From Propionibacteriaceae bacterium (GTDB taxonomy: Bacteria; Actinomycetota; Actinomycetes; Propionibacteriales; Propionibacteriaceae): a DNA stretch of 64,000 nt. Below, piece after piece: positions 45,127 through 53,926 of the stretch. Positions within the stretch are counted from its first letter, which is position 1, and every line of letters begins with the position of its first letter. The notes under the pieces were generated by a model that searched no databases, was not told the DNA's origin, and saw only the letters and a list, made by a program, of their open reading frames with translations. Both the position numbers and the translations under genes were made by a program. The stretch covers positions 6,031 through 70,030 of the forward strand of contig JAISCA010000004.1 of assembly GCA_031265875.1 (NCBI GenBank), written 5' to 3'.

Positions 45127-45633
45127 TCAGGCGGCCAGCGCGCCAGCCGCTGGGTCCAGGTCGGACTGGGCCGGATCGGGACTGGCGGCGGACTGGGCCA
45201 GAGAGGCCGGGCCGGCTGGATCGACCGCCTCGGCCGGATCGGTCGGCTCGGCCGGATCGGACCCGGCTCCGGCCAAGTGACGCTGGGCCCGACGATAGAG
45301 GCTGGTGCCCCAGCTCAGGTCGTGGCCGATGGCGCTGGCCTCGACCACCAGACGTTCGTGGCGGTCGCCTTGAGGGTCGGTCCAAGCCGAGGTGCGCAGC
45401 CGGCCCTCGACCATGACGGGATCGCCCTTGCTCAGGCTCTGGGCCGCGTTCTCGGCCAAGGCGCGGTAGCAGACGACCGAGATCCAAGTGGTCAGGCCGT
45501 CCGTCCAAGCGTCGTCGCGCCTGATCCTGGGAGTCGAGCCGAGCCGGAAGGAAGCCATCGGGACGCCTGAGCGGGTGGTCTTGAGATCGACTTCGCCGCC
45601 CAGTCGCCCGGTCAACGTGATGGAGATATCCAT
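45127..45633 (-). CDS. single-stranded DNA-binding protein paralogue (OB fold, non-canonical C-terminus)
   Basis: AGGAGG then ATG 45633 gives MDISITLTGRLGGEVDLKTTRSGVPMASFRLGSTPR...WISVVCYRALAENAAQSLSKGDPVMVEGRL. The tail is Pro/Ala/Asp-rich and ends ...AAGALAA, with no acidic D-D-(I/L)-P-F tip. Confidence 0.8.
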   Translation of the reverse strand: MDISITLTGRLGGEVDLKTTRSGVPMASFRLGSTPRIRRDDAWTDGLTTWISVVCYRALAENAAQSLSKGDPVMVEGRLRTSAWTDPQGDRHERLVVEASAIGHDLSWGTSLYRRAQRHLAGAGSDPAEPTDPAEAVDPAGPASLAQSAASPDPAQSDLDPAAGALAA

Positions 45634-45795
45634 GTCTCCTCCTAGAGTGTTAGATGACCTAGACCATGACGGCGGAGAGGCCCCGACGGCGGGGCCGGCG
45701 GAAGACTGTGGACACCGAGCGGTCGCCCCGGCCGGGCTGTGCATAACCTGGCCCGCCGGACCGACCTGGACTGGAACGCGGCCAGGCCACCAGAT

Positions 45796-45828
45796 CTGAG
45801 AGTGGCGCCGGAGCAGCGGCGCTCTCAG
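45796..45828 (-). terminator. candidate hairpin terminator after the GTPase pair
   Basis: CTGAGAG(T)GGCGC-loop-GCGC(T)CTCAG imperfect stem, 36 nt after stop 45864. Confidence 0.35.
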
Positions 45829-45863
45829 CCTGGGCGGGGCCGGCCGCGGGGACAGTCTGTCGG

Positions 45864-47480
45864 TCAGGCGGCCGAGCGACGCGGAGCCAGCAGCAGGTTG
45901 AGAGCGGTCTGAGCCTGGTTGTGCCGGCGCAGTTCCTCGTTGACCGGGCCCAAGACGGACCGCTGCGTGACTTGGCTGATGGCCCGGCGCAGGCGTCGAC
46001 TGGCGGTGGCGGCCTTGGCTCGGGCCTGGGCCCCGACCGCCAAGCGACTCAGGCCGGACAACAGCAGACCGGCCAACAGGCCGCCCAGAGCCAACACCAC
46101 CGGATAAGCCAGTGGGCCGGCCATCGGCCGCGGTAGAGCGGACCAGATCAGACTCCCGCCCCACCAGGCCAAGCCGGCCAACAGGGCGATGAAGAACAAC
46201 CACTGGAACAGCCGTGCCAACGACCACCAAGTCGGCCGACGGTCCAAATCGAGTTCAGTGGCGGCGATGGCCTGGTCTAGGCGATCGGGCAATTCGGCCT
46301 GGTTGAGACGGGCGGCCCGCTGGATGGCGTCCTGCCAGCCCCGGGGCAGACGTTGGATCGACTGGTCCGTCATGGCCCGCAGGGCCGAGTCGAGGCGAGC
46401 CTGCGGCACCGGTCGCCAAGAGCGCAGGACATTCCTGAGACCGGCTCCGCCCACTCCGGTCGGAGGGCCAGTCTCAGATTTGAGCTGGAGCCGACGGAGC
46501 GGGTCGGGCTTGAGATGACGCCACCAAGACAAGATCGGCCAACCGGTGGCGACGGCCCCCCGGTGCCGCCAAGAGGCTTCGACGGCTTGCGTCACCTCTT
46601 CCACCCCAGCCGAGGCGGCGATGGCTTGGTCGAGTTGGTCGACGGCGGTCTCAGGCAGCTCGTGCACCTGGTCCGGGCCGACGGCCTGGCGCAGGCGACA
46701 GGCCATGGCCGTGACATCGGCCAGCAAGCGGGCGGCCACGGCCTGCTTACGGGTCGCCACCTCGCGCAGGACCTGGCGCATTTGGTCGACGCCTTGACCG
46801 GTGGCGGCCGAGAGGGCGTGGATCTCGACCCCGCTGATGCCTTCGTCGACCAGCAGATGGGCCATGTCGGAACGGATCTTGTCGACCTGCTCGGGCCGGA
46901 CCCGGTCGATCTGGTTGAGCACGAACAGCATGACGTCGGAGTGGGAGGACAAAGGGATGAGGTAGCGCTCGTGCAGTGCGGCGTCGGCGTACTTCTGGGG
47001 ATCGACCACCCAGAGGATGACGTCGACCAGGCTGACCAAACGGTCGACCTCGTCGCGGTGGCGCTCGACCGTGGAGTCATAGTCCGGCAGGTCGATCAGG
47101 ACCAAATCAGTCAGGTCGCGGCCCGGCGCCGAGTGCCGCCTGGGGATGCCCAGCCAACTCAGCAACTCGCTGGTGTCTGAGGCGCCGAAGGTGACCGACA
47201 TGGATTGCGAGGTGGTCGGTCGGCGCACCCCGGTCTCGGCCAGAGCGGTGCGAGACAAAGCGTTGAAAAGGGTCGACTTACCAGCCCCGGTGGCTCCGGC
47301 GATGGCCACCACCGTGGTGTCGCCGGACAGGGCCAGACGCCGGTCGGCCCGATTGCCCAAGGCCTGAGCCTGATCGATCAAGGCCTCGTCGGCCCGGCCC
47401 CGGCAGGCTTCGATCAGATCCTGCAAGGTGCGCAAAGTTTGGGGAACAGTCAGCCCAGGATTGACTGAAGTGTCAGTCAT
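45864..47480 (-). CDS. dynamin-like / HSR1-type GTPase with C-terminal membrane segments
   Basis: 538 aa. P-loop GATGAGKSTLFNAL, DLPDYDS and LNQIDR (NKxD-like). C-terminal hydrophobic stretches are WLFFIALLAGLAWWGG and AYPVVLALGGLLAGLLLSGL. Confidence 0.75.
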   Translation of the reverse strand: MTDTSVNPGLTVPQTLRTLQDLIEACRGRADEALIDQAQALGNRADRRLALSGDTTVVAIAGATGAGKSTLFNALSRTALAETGVRRPTTSQSMSVTFGASDTSELLSWLGIPRRHSAPGRDLTDLVLIDLPDYDSTVERHRDEVDRLVSLVDVILWVVDPQKYADAALHERYLIPLSSHSDVMLFVLNQIDRVRPEQVDKIRSDMAHLLVDEGISGVEIHALSAATGQGVDQMRQVLREVATRKQAVAARLLADVTAMACRLRQAVGPDQVHELPETAVDQLDQAIAASAGVEEVTQAVEASWRHRGAVATGWPILSWWRHLKPDPLRRLQLKSETGPPTGVGGAGLRNVLRSWRPVPQARLDSALRAMTDQSIQRLPRGWQDAIQRAARLNQAELPDRLDQAIAATELDLDRRPTWWSLARLFQWLFFIALLAGLAWWGGSLIWSALPRPMAGPLAYPVVLALGGLLAGLLLSGLSRLAVGAQARAKAATASRRLRRAISQVTQRSVLGPVNEELRRHNQAQTALNLLLAPRRSAA

Positions 47481-47481
47481 G

Positions 47482-49314
47482 TCAACTCCCTCCGGCCGGC
47501 GCCGCTATGGTTTGGCGAGAGTTGATGACCTGCTCCAAGCTGGTCGTGCGAACTCCCTCCACCGCTTGGATAGCAGCCTGTTCGGTCGTGGTCAAGACGG
47601 CCTGTAAGCTGAGATTGACGAGTTCTTCGCTGCGCAACCGCTCGACCCATTCGGCCGCCTCCAAGATCTCGCCCGGCAAACGTGGATCTATCCGCAGCGC
47701 CTCCAAGGCTCTGGTGAAACGCTGCAGCTGGGTCGACATCAAGGTCTTGACCCTGGCGTCCAGCAATTCATTGGCTTTGACCGCCAAGCGACGGATGGCC
47801 TCGCTCCCGAAGACCATCTCCAAAACCTTCTGCGCCACCAAAGCGGTGCCTCCGGCCAGGCCCAGCTCCGCTCCGACCAAGCCACCGGTGTGGGAGAAAG
47901 CCACCAGCATCAAGGAGACGCCGACGGCGTTCACCCCGAGAGCCCCCACCCGGGCCTGGACCCGCCGGCTGGAGCCCTCCTGACTGACCAGTTCAAGCAC
48001 GTCGGACTGCCAGTCGCGGATCGTCTGCGCCACCGTGGCGGGAAAATCAGGCCCGACTTGGGCCAAAGCCGCTCCGCTGCGCTGGATCACCAGGCGTCCA
48101 GCCGGATGGGCCATCCACGACGCCTCGGCCCGCTCGCAAGCCCGTTCGCCGGCCTGCCTCAAAAGCGCCTCCAGACCCGATTCGACGGCTTGCTTGGCGT
48201 CGTCGGCCTCAATCGGCTGGCCTTTGATGGTGTGACTGAGACGGTCGCGCCAACGGGCCAGACGAGACTCCAAATGACGGGTCAACTCACCGGCGCCGAC
48301 GTAGTCCTGCCATCGGGTCAAGACCTCGTCGCGCAATAGGACGCCATCTTGGATCTGCCGCGTCACCCCTTCGATGGCGTCGACGAAGGCCAGAGCGGCG
48401 TTCTGGCGCAGCCCATCGACCACCTCGATCTGGTCTTTCAGACCACGGACGATCAGCGGCGCTTGCGCGGACAGGGCGGAGATGGCGCCGTCGAGGGTTT
48501 TCATCACCACCAGTCCGCGCGTGCGCTGATCGGAGGCCAGGGCGGCCAGCCAAGCCCGGATCGGTTCGACGGCGACGCCGGGCAGCAGACCCTGCTCGTC
48601 CACGATGGTCTCCGGCACGGCGAAGAAAGGGGAATTGCCCAGCCCCCGGCCCGTCATCATGGCGGCTAGGTGGGCCGGCACCTCGGTCATGGCGGCGGGC
48701 GGGATACGGTCCAGCACCACCGCCACGGCGGCGCTGCGCTCGACCGCCTGCCCCAAGAACTCCCAGGGCACGGCGTCGGCGTAACGAGCGGCCGAGGTGA
48801 TGAAGAGCCAAAGATCGCCGGCGGCCAGCAGCTGAGTGGCCAGAGTCCGATTGTCTTTGTCGACCGAGTCGATGTCCGGGGCGTCCAACATGGCGATGCC
48901 ACGCGGCATGACCGGATCGGCCACGATCCTAAGGACATGGGCGTCGTTGCCGGCTCTGGTCGAGCGGACCAGCCCAGGCATGATCCGGTCGTCCACGAAC
49001 CACTCCGTGTCCTCCGGGTGGTGGATCAAGACCGGCGACCTGGTGGTGGGACGGATCACCCCGGTGGGCGAGACGGCGTGGCCGATGATGGAGTTGACCA
49101 AGGTCGACTTGCCGGCCCCGGTGGAACCGCCCACGATGACCAGCAGAGGGGCCTGGATCTGACGCAGTCGCGGCAGGATGTAGTCGTCCAACTGGCCCAG
49201 AGCGTAACTGACCTTGCTCGCAGTGCTGGCTTGGCTGGGCAAGGGCAGATCGAGCCGGACGGCCTGGAGAGCGGCGCGCAGCAACGCCAGAGCCGATTCC
49301 AGGGCACTGGCCAC
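47482..49314 (-). CDS. dynamin-like / HSR1-type GTPase
   Basis: GGGAGGAGG then GTG 49314 (VASALESALALL...). P-loop GGSTGAGKSTLVNSI and LDAPDIDS are present. Its stop is 1 nt from the next gene's ATG. The track start at 49428 would overlap the PrsW gene by 97 nt. Confidence 0.75.
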   Translation of the reverse strand: MASALESALALLRAALQAVRLDLPLPSQASTASKVSYALGQLDDYILPRLRQIQAPLLVIVGGSTGAGKSTLVNSIIGHAVSPTGVIRPTTRSPVLIHHPEDTEWFVDDRIMPGLVRSTRAGNDAHVLRIVADPVMPRGIAMLDAPDIDSVDKDNRTLATQLLAAGDLWLFITSAARYADAVPWEFLGQAVERSAAVAVVLDRIPPAAMTEVPAHLAAMMTGRGLGNSPFFAVPETIVDEQGLLPGVAVEPIRAWLAALASDQRTRGLVVMKTLDGAISALSAQAPLIVRGLKDQIEVVDGLRQNAALAFVDAIEGVTRQIQDGVLLRDEVLTRWQDYVGAGELTRHLESRLARWRDRLSHTIKGQPIEADDAKQAVESGLEALLRQAGERACERAEASWMAHPAGRLVIQRSGAALAQVGPDFPATVAQTIRDWQSDVLELVSQEGSSRRVQARVGALGVNAVGVSLMLVAFSHTGGLVGAELGLAGGTALVAQKVLEMVFGSEAIRRLAVKANELLDARVKTLMSTQLQRFTRALEALRIDPRLPGEILEAAEWVERLRSEELVNLSLQAVLTTTEQAAIQAVEGVRTTSLEQVINSRQTIAAPAGGS

Positions 49315-49331
49315 GTTTCGCCTCCTCCCAA

Positions 49332-50756
49332 TCAGGCTGGTGGTCCCCAGCGTGGATCGACCGCCGTGAACCGTGTCACCCCGACTGGCGGACCGGTCGT
49401 CCCGGCTTCGAAGCCAGGGCTCGCCCAAGGCGCCGCCGGGTCAACCGGCCCTGGATAGCCTATCTTTTTCGCCCGCCGCCGCCACAAGTATGGCCTCAGT
49501 CCCTGAGGATTCTCAATCGCACGTTGAGACCTCCAGCGACGGATGCGTACGATCAACTCATGTTCGCGTCCTAATCCGCCTTGGTCGACCAGGCCACGGG
49601 TGATGGCGTCGCGCAAGTAAGCCAGCTCGGTGACGGCCCGCTGGAGGCGCCAGGTGGACCAGAAGCTGCCGTGCCACAGGCTCATGGCCAAGGCCCAGCC
49701 GCGGGTCCTGAGACGGGCGAACAGGTACGGATAGGAAGCCGGCAACCAACCCACCATGACGTAATCGTTCAAGCGGTCCCGGATCAGACGGCCCTGACTC
49801 AAACAGGTCATCACCACCAGCAGAATGGCTCCGCCCACCAAGGGCAGCGCGAGCAGGAAATACATCTGCAGCCGGATCTCCTGATCCGACAGGCTGGCCA
49901 CGAAATTGAACATCATGTGCGCCAGAGCGGCCAGCATGAAACCGGCCAGCGGGGCGACGACGCGGACCAGTTTGGACCGCTGGCGCACGGCCACCGCCAC
50001 TCCGAGGCCGGTCATCATGGTGAACAGAGGATGCCCGAAGCAGGTGTACAGCCCGCGCATCTTGACCAGCTCCATCAGAGCGGCGTGGACGTTTCCGGCC
50101 GATTCGGTGTACGAGCCGTAGACGATCACTCGGGCGTAATAGATGATGTTCTCGCTGAAGGCGAAAGCGACCGCCGAGAGGCCGGCCAAGACGACGCCGG
50201 ACAGCCGACTGGTGATACGGCCCCGGTCGAGGAAGGCGATCAGGAAGATGACGGTGGCCTTGGACGCCTCCTCCACGAAAGGGGCCACGTAGATGGCCGT
50301 GCGCTCCTGCATGGTGCCGCTGACTTGGCCCACCACGGCCATCCGCTCAGACACCCAGGTGTTGATGGTCAAGGACAGTTCGACGGCCACCAGACCGCCC
50401 CAGAGCAGGGCGATCGACCAGATCAAGAGACGCTGGGGCCGAAAGCGGTCGGCCAGGAGGAAGAGGGCGGTCAGGGGGAGCAAGGTCCGAAGGGCGTATC
50501 CGGCCGACTGCCGGATGGCGTCGTCGTTGAGCCCGGGGACGGTCAAACCACCGGTCTGGGCGACTGGCGCGGTCACGGTTCGATAAATCTGCCAGCCGCA
50601 CCACAGGCAAGCCAAGCCGACGGCCAGCAGCGTCCAAGTCCAGCGGCTGCGCAGGACCCGCCAAGCTAGACCGGGCCGGCTGCCAGGAGCGGGGACACCC
50701 GCCCGGCACCGCTGATAGGCCACCGTCCGAGGGCTGACGGCGTTGACGACTGACAC
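49332..50756 (-). CDS. PrsW-family intramembrane glutamic protease
   Basis: 474 aa multi-TM protein. Motifs FVEEASKAT (EExxK) and ALAHMMFNF (HxxxN) are present. Confidence 0.75.
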   Translation of the reverse strand: MSVVNAVSPRTVAYQRCRAGVPAPGSRPGLAWRVLRSRWTWTLLAVGLACLWCGWQIYRTVTAPVAQTGGLTVPGLNDDAIRQSAGYALRTLLPLTALFLLADRFRPQRLLIWSIALLWGGLVAVELSLTINTWVSERMAVVGQVSGTMQERTAIYVAPFVEEASKATVIFLIAFLDRGRITSRLSGVVLAGLSAVAFAFSENIIYYARVIVYGSYTESAGNVHAALMELVKMRGLYTCFGHPLFTMMTGLGVAVAVRQRSKLVRVVAPLAGFMLAALAHMMFNFVASLSDQEIRLQMYFLLALPLVGGAILLVVMTCLSQGRLIRDRLNDYVMVGWLPASYPYLFARLRTRGWALAMSLWHGSFWSTWRLQRAVTELAYLRDAITRGLVDQGGLGREHELIVRIRRWRSQRAIENPQGLRPYLWRRRAKKIGYPGPVDPAAPWASPGFEAGTTGPPVGVTRFTAVDPRWGPPA

Positions 50757-50792
50757 CTAGACAGGATAACGGTTGAACGCTCCGGCGGCGTC

Positions 50793-51779
50793 TCAACCGG
50801 CTCGACGGCGATCGATCGCGGTCTTGATCCGCGAGGCGATCACGACTAGGACCAAGGTGCCGACCACGACGCCCAGCGAGACTTCGAGAGAGGGCTCCCA
50901 GAGGTGGATCGGCCGGCCGCCGTTGAGGAAGGGCAACTCGTTGACGGCCAAGGCCTCCAGGACCAGTTTGACGCCGATGAAGCCGAGGATGACGGATAAG
51001 CCCTGCGGTAGGTAGACCAGACGGTCCAGCAAGCCGCCGATCAGGAAATAGATCTGGCGCAGGCCGAGCAGGGCGCAAGCGTTGGCCATGAAGACCAGGT
51101 AGGGCTCGTGGGTGAGGCCGAAGATGGCCGGGATGGAGTCCATGGCGAAGAGGAGGTCGGTCGAACCGATCGCCACCATGACCATGAACAAAGGGGTGAA
51201 GTGGCGCTTGCCCTCGTGCCGCACCACGACCCGGTCGCTGACGTAGTCGGGCGTGGTGGGCAGCCAGCGGCGCAGCCAGGTCACCAGGCGCGGCTCCTTG
51301 TAGGCGGCCGTCTCATCCTTGCGGTAATGGTCGACCACCAATTTGACGGCGGTGTAGACCAGGAAGGCGCCGAAGAGGTAGAAGATGGCCGATAGGCGCT
51401 CGATGACGGCCGCCCCGATCAAGATGAAGATGGCCCGCAACACCAAAGCCAAGGAGATCCCGACCAGCAGCACCTTCTGCTCGGCTTCGCGCGGCACCTT
51501 GAGCTTGGTCATGATCAGCATGAAGACGAAGAGGTTGTCCAGGGAGAGGGACTCCTCGGTGAAATAGCCGGCGAAGAACTCGCCGGCCGACGACCAGCCC
51601 GACGCCAGGCCGAGACCGACGCCGAACAAGATGGCGGCCGAGACGTAGATGCCGATCCAAGTCACCGACTCCCGGAAGCTGGGCACATGGGGCTGACGGA
51701 CGTGGAAAAAGAAATCGAGTGCGATGACACCGATGACGACGGCGAACGAGACGACCCACGTCACGATGTGAACTTGCAT
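50793..51779 (-). CDS. TerC-family integral membrane protein (Alx/YkoY-like, putative Mn/metal exporter)
   Basis: Start MQVHIVTWVV at ATG 51779, so the track ORF is trimmed. LSLDNLFVFMLI and FAMDSIPAIFG are present. Confidence 0.85.
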   Translation of the reverse strand: MQVHIVTWVVSFAVVIGVIALDFFFHVRQPHVPSFRESVTWIGIYVSAAILFGVGLGLASGWSSAGEFFAGYFTEESLSLDNLFVFMLIMTKLKVPREAEQKVLLVGISLALVLRAIFILIGAAVIERLSAIFYLFGAFLVYTAVKLVVDHYRKDETAAYKEPRLVTWLRRWLPTTPDYVSDRVVVRHEGKRHFTPLFMVMVAIGSTDLLFAMDSIPAIFGLTHEPYLVFMANACALLGLRQIYFLIGGLLDRLVYLPQGLSVILGFIGVKLVLEALAVNELPFLNGGRPIHLWEPSLEVSLGVVVGTLVLVVIASRIKTAIDRRRAG

Positions 51780-51785
51780 AGAGCG

Positions 51786-51920
51786 TCCTCTCCAGAGCGC
51801 GACCAAACACGTCTGGAGGTCTCTCTCGCTCAGCCAAGACGCGAACCGGAGGACCCGGACCGGTTGGACCGGACGTGGTGACGAATCCCCCACGGGGAGA
51901 TACTCCCCTCCACTGGGGCA
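51786..51920 (-). ncRNA. yybP-ykoY-type (Mn2+) riboswitch with an SD-sequestering expression platform
   Basis: The minus strand reads UGGAGGGGAGUAUCUCCCC...CUUGGCUGAGCGAGAGAGACCUCCA. The conserved GGGGAGUA and GAGAGACC boxes are closed by a UGGAGG/CCUCCA P1 helix. CUCCAGA...UCUGGAG then pairs over the SD GGAGAGGA, 8 nt before the AUG. It lies directly upstream of a TerC gene, the classic context. Confidence 0.75.
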
Positions 51921-52101
51921 ACTCTACCACGATGGGGCCGATCATTGAAACCGATAGTTGTCTTAGTGGCTGACGTCGCCCCTTGTCCGGTGGCGATCTG
52001 AGCCAACCGGACGGCTCAGCCCGGCGGATGGGGCGAGAGCCGGGCGTACGGACACTAGTCCGTACGCCATGTTCGTATGAGATCACTTCTGGGCCAACCT
52101 A

Positions 52102-52119
52102 GATCATCTCTGCATGATC
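52102..52119. promoter_or_regulatory. palindromic candidate operator GATCATCTCTGCATGATC upstream of kduI
   Basis: GATCAT-N6-ATGATC. It is 16/18 identical to 61352-61369. Extra GATCA(C/T) half-sites lie at 52081 and 52131. Confidence 0.55.
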
Positions 52120-52210
52120 GAGTGCGCTTGTGATCATTCGGTCTTAGGATGGGTCCGAGGTCTTCCGCCGCTCGGGCGGCAGACCTGGCACCTGACCGAA
52201 GGAGGGTCCG

Positions 52211-53041
52211 ATGGAACAGCGATACGCCACCGCGCCGGAGCAGATGGCCGGCCTGGACAGCGCCGGACTACGTCAGAAGTACTTGCTCGAACAGGTCTTC
52301 GCGCCCGACCAGACCCGCCTGGTCTACACCCACCACGACCGCATCGTCTTGGGCGGAATCCAACCCGTCAGCGGCCCGATCCAGTTGGCGGCGCCGCCCG
52401 AACTGCGCGCCGCGACCTTCTTCGAGCAGCGTGAGGCCGGCCTGGTCAACGTCGGCGGACCCGGCACGGTCCTAGTCGACGGGGTCGACCACCAGCTCGA
52501 CCACGGAGCCTGCCTCTACATCGGCCGGGGCGCCGGCGAGGTCGAGTTCAGCAGCGCCGATCCCGGCCAGCCGGCCGCCTTCTATCTCTTCTCGGCCCCG
52601 GCCCACACCAGCTACCCGACCGTCCTGGTCGAGCCCGGCCAAGGCACGGTCCGGGAACTGGGCGACCAGTTGACCTCGAACCGGCGCACCCTCAACCAGT
52701 ACATCCACGCCAACGGAGTGGCCTCCTGCCAGGTCGTGATGGGAGTCACCAGCCTCCACCCCGGCAACATGTGGAACACCATGCCGGCCCACACCCACGA
52801 CCGCCGGACTGAGTGCTACCTCTACTTCGACCTGCCTCCCCAGGCTCGCGTCATCCATCTCTGCGGCCAACCCGATCAGACCCGCCACTTGGTGGTGGCC
52901 GACCGCCAGGCCGTCATCTCCCCCAGCTGGTCGATCCACTCCGGGGTCGGCACCGCCGCCTACTCCTTCGTCTGGGCCATGGCGGGCGAGAACAAGACCT
53001 TCGACGACATGGACCCCGCCCCGGTCACCGAACTGCGCTGA
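52211..53041 (+). CDS. kduI: 5-dehydro-4-deoxy-D-glucuronate isomerase
   Basis: 276 aa. MEQRYATAPEQMAGLDSAGLRQKYLLEQVF..., cupin core with HTHDRRTECYLYF. GGAGGG SD. Confidence 0.88.
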   Translation: MEQRYATAPEQMAGLDSAGLRQKYLLEQVFAPDQTRLVYTHHDRIVLGGIQPVSGPIQLAAPPELRAATFFEQREAGLVNVGGPGTVLVDGVDHQLDHGACLYIGRGAGEVEFSSADPGQPAAFYLFSAPAHTSYPTVLVEPGQGTVRELGDQLTSNRRTLNQYIHANGVASCQVVMGVTSLHPGNMWNTMPAHTHDRRTECYLYFDLPPQARVIHLCGQPDQTRHLVVADRQAVISPSWSIHSGVGTAAYSFVWAMAGENKTFDDMDPAPVTELR

Positions 53042-53061
53042 CCGGGGTCGAGCGGGCTGGC

Positions 53062-53826
53062 TCAGCGGTTGAGCCAGCCCCCGTCCACCGTCAAGATGGC
53101 GCCGTGGACGTAGTCGGCCGCCGCCGAGCAGAGGAAGACCATCGGCCCGGCCACGTCCGCCGGTGTGCCCCACCGGCCGGCCGGGATGCGCTCCGAGATC
53201 GACTCCGACCGGCCGGAGTCGGCCCGCAGCGGGGCGGTGTTGTCGGTCGCCATGTAACCGGGCGCGATGGCGTTGACGTTGACGCCCCGCCCGGCCCACT
53301 CATTGGCCAGGGCCTTGGTCACACCGGCCACGGCGTGCTTGGTGGCGGCGTAGCTGGGCACGATGACGCCGCCTTGGAAAGACAGCATGGAGCAGATGTT
53401 GACGATCTTGCCCGAGCCCTGGGCCAGCATGATCCGACCAGCCGCCTGGCTGAGCCAGAAGACGGCGTCCAAGTTGATGGCCAGGACATCGTCCCAGTTG
53501 GCCTGACTGAACTCGACGGCCGCCTGCCGACGGATGATGCCGGCGTTGTTGATCAGGATGTCGATCCGGCCCAAGCCGGTCACCACCTGGTCGACCACCC
53601 CGGACAGATCGGCCGGGCTGGCCTGACCCAGATCGCAGGCGATGGTCAGGCAGCGTCGGCCCAGAGCCTCGATCTGGGCCGCCGTCTCGCTCGGCGCGCT
53701 CAGATCGAGCAGAGCGACATCGGCCCCGGCCTCAGCCAAGGCGACAGCGGTGGCTTGACCCAAGCCGCGCCCGGAGCCGGTCACCAGGGCCACCCGGCCC
53801 TCCAGCTTGAATTGATTGAGAATCAT
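53062..53826 (-). CDS. kduD: 2-dehydro-3-deoxy-D-gluconate 5-dehydrogenase (SDR)
   Basis: GAAAGGA then ATG 53826 gives MILNQFKLEGRVALVTGSGRGLGQ. The YAATKHAV catalytic YxxxK motif is present. The track ORF start at 54015 is trimmed. Confidence 0.85.
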   Translation of the reverse strand: MILNQFKLEGRVALVTGSGRGLGQATAVALAEAGADVALLDLSAPSETAAQIEALGRRCLTIACDLGQASPADLSGVVDQVVTGLGRIDILINNAGIIRRQAAVEFSQANWDDVLAINLDAVFWLSQAAGRIMLAQGSGKIVNICSMLSFQGGVIVPSYAATKHAVAGVTKALANEWAGRGVNVNAIAPGYMATDNTAPLRADSGRSESISERIPAGRWGTPADVAGPMVFLCSAAADYVHGAILTVDGGWLNR

Positions 53827-53926
53827 CTCGCGTGTCCTTTCCATTACGGTCGGTCGCATAGTCGAAGTCGTGCGGGCTAGGAGTGGCCGCCGCCGCTGGG
53901 CGGTCCCCACCGCCCGCTCGCCCCGC

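Noticed and set aside
45127-45633. SSB gene as a marker of a prophage or plasmid insertion
   Set aside because: G+C and codon usage match the surrounding genome. No phage or plasmid genes are adjacent. SSB paralogues in this chromosomal neighbourhood (near ettA) are common in actinobacteria.
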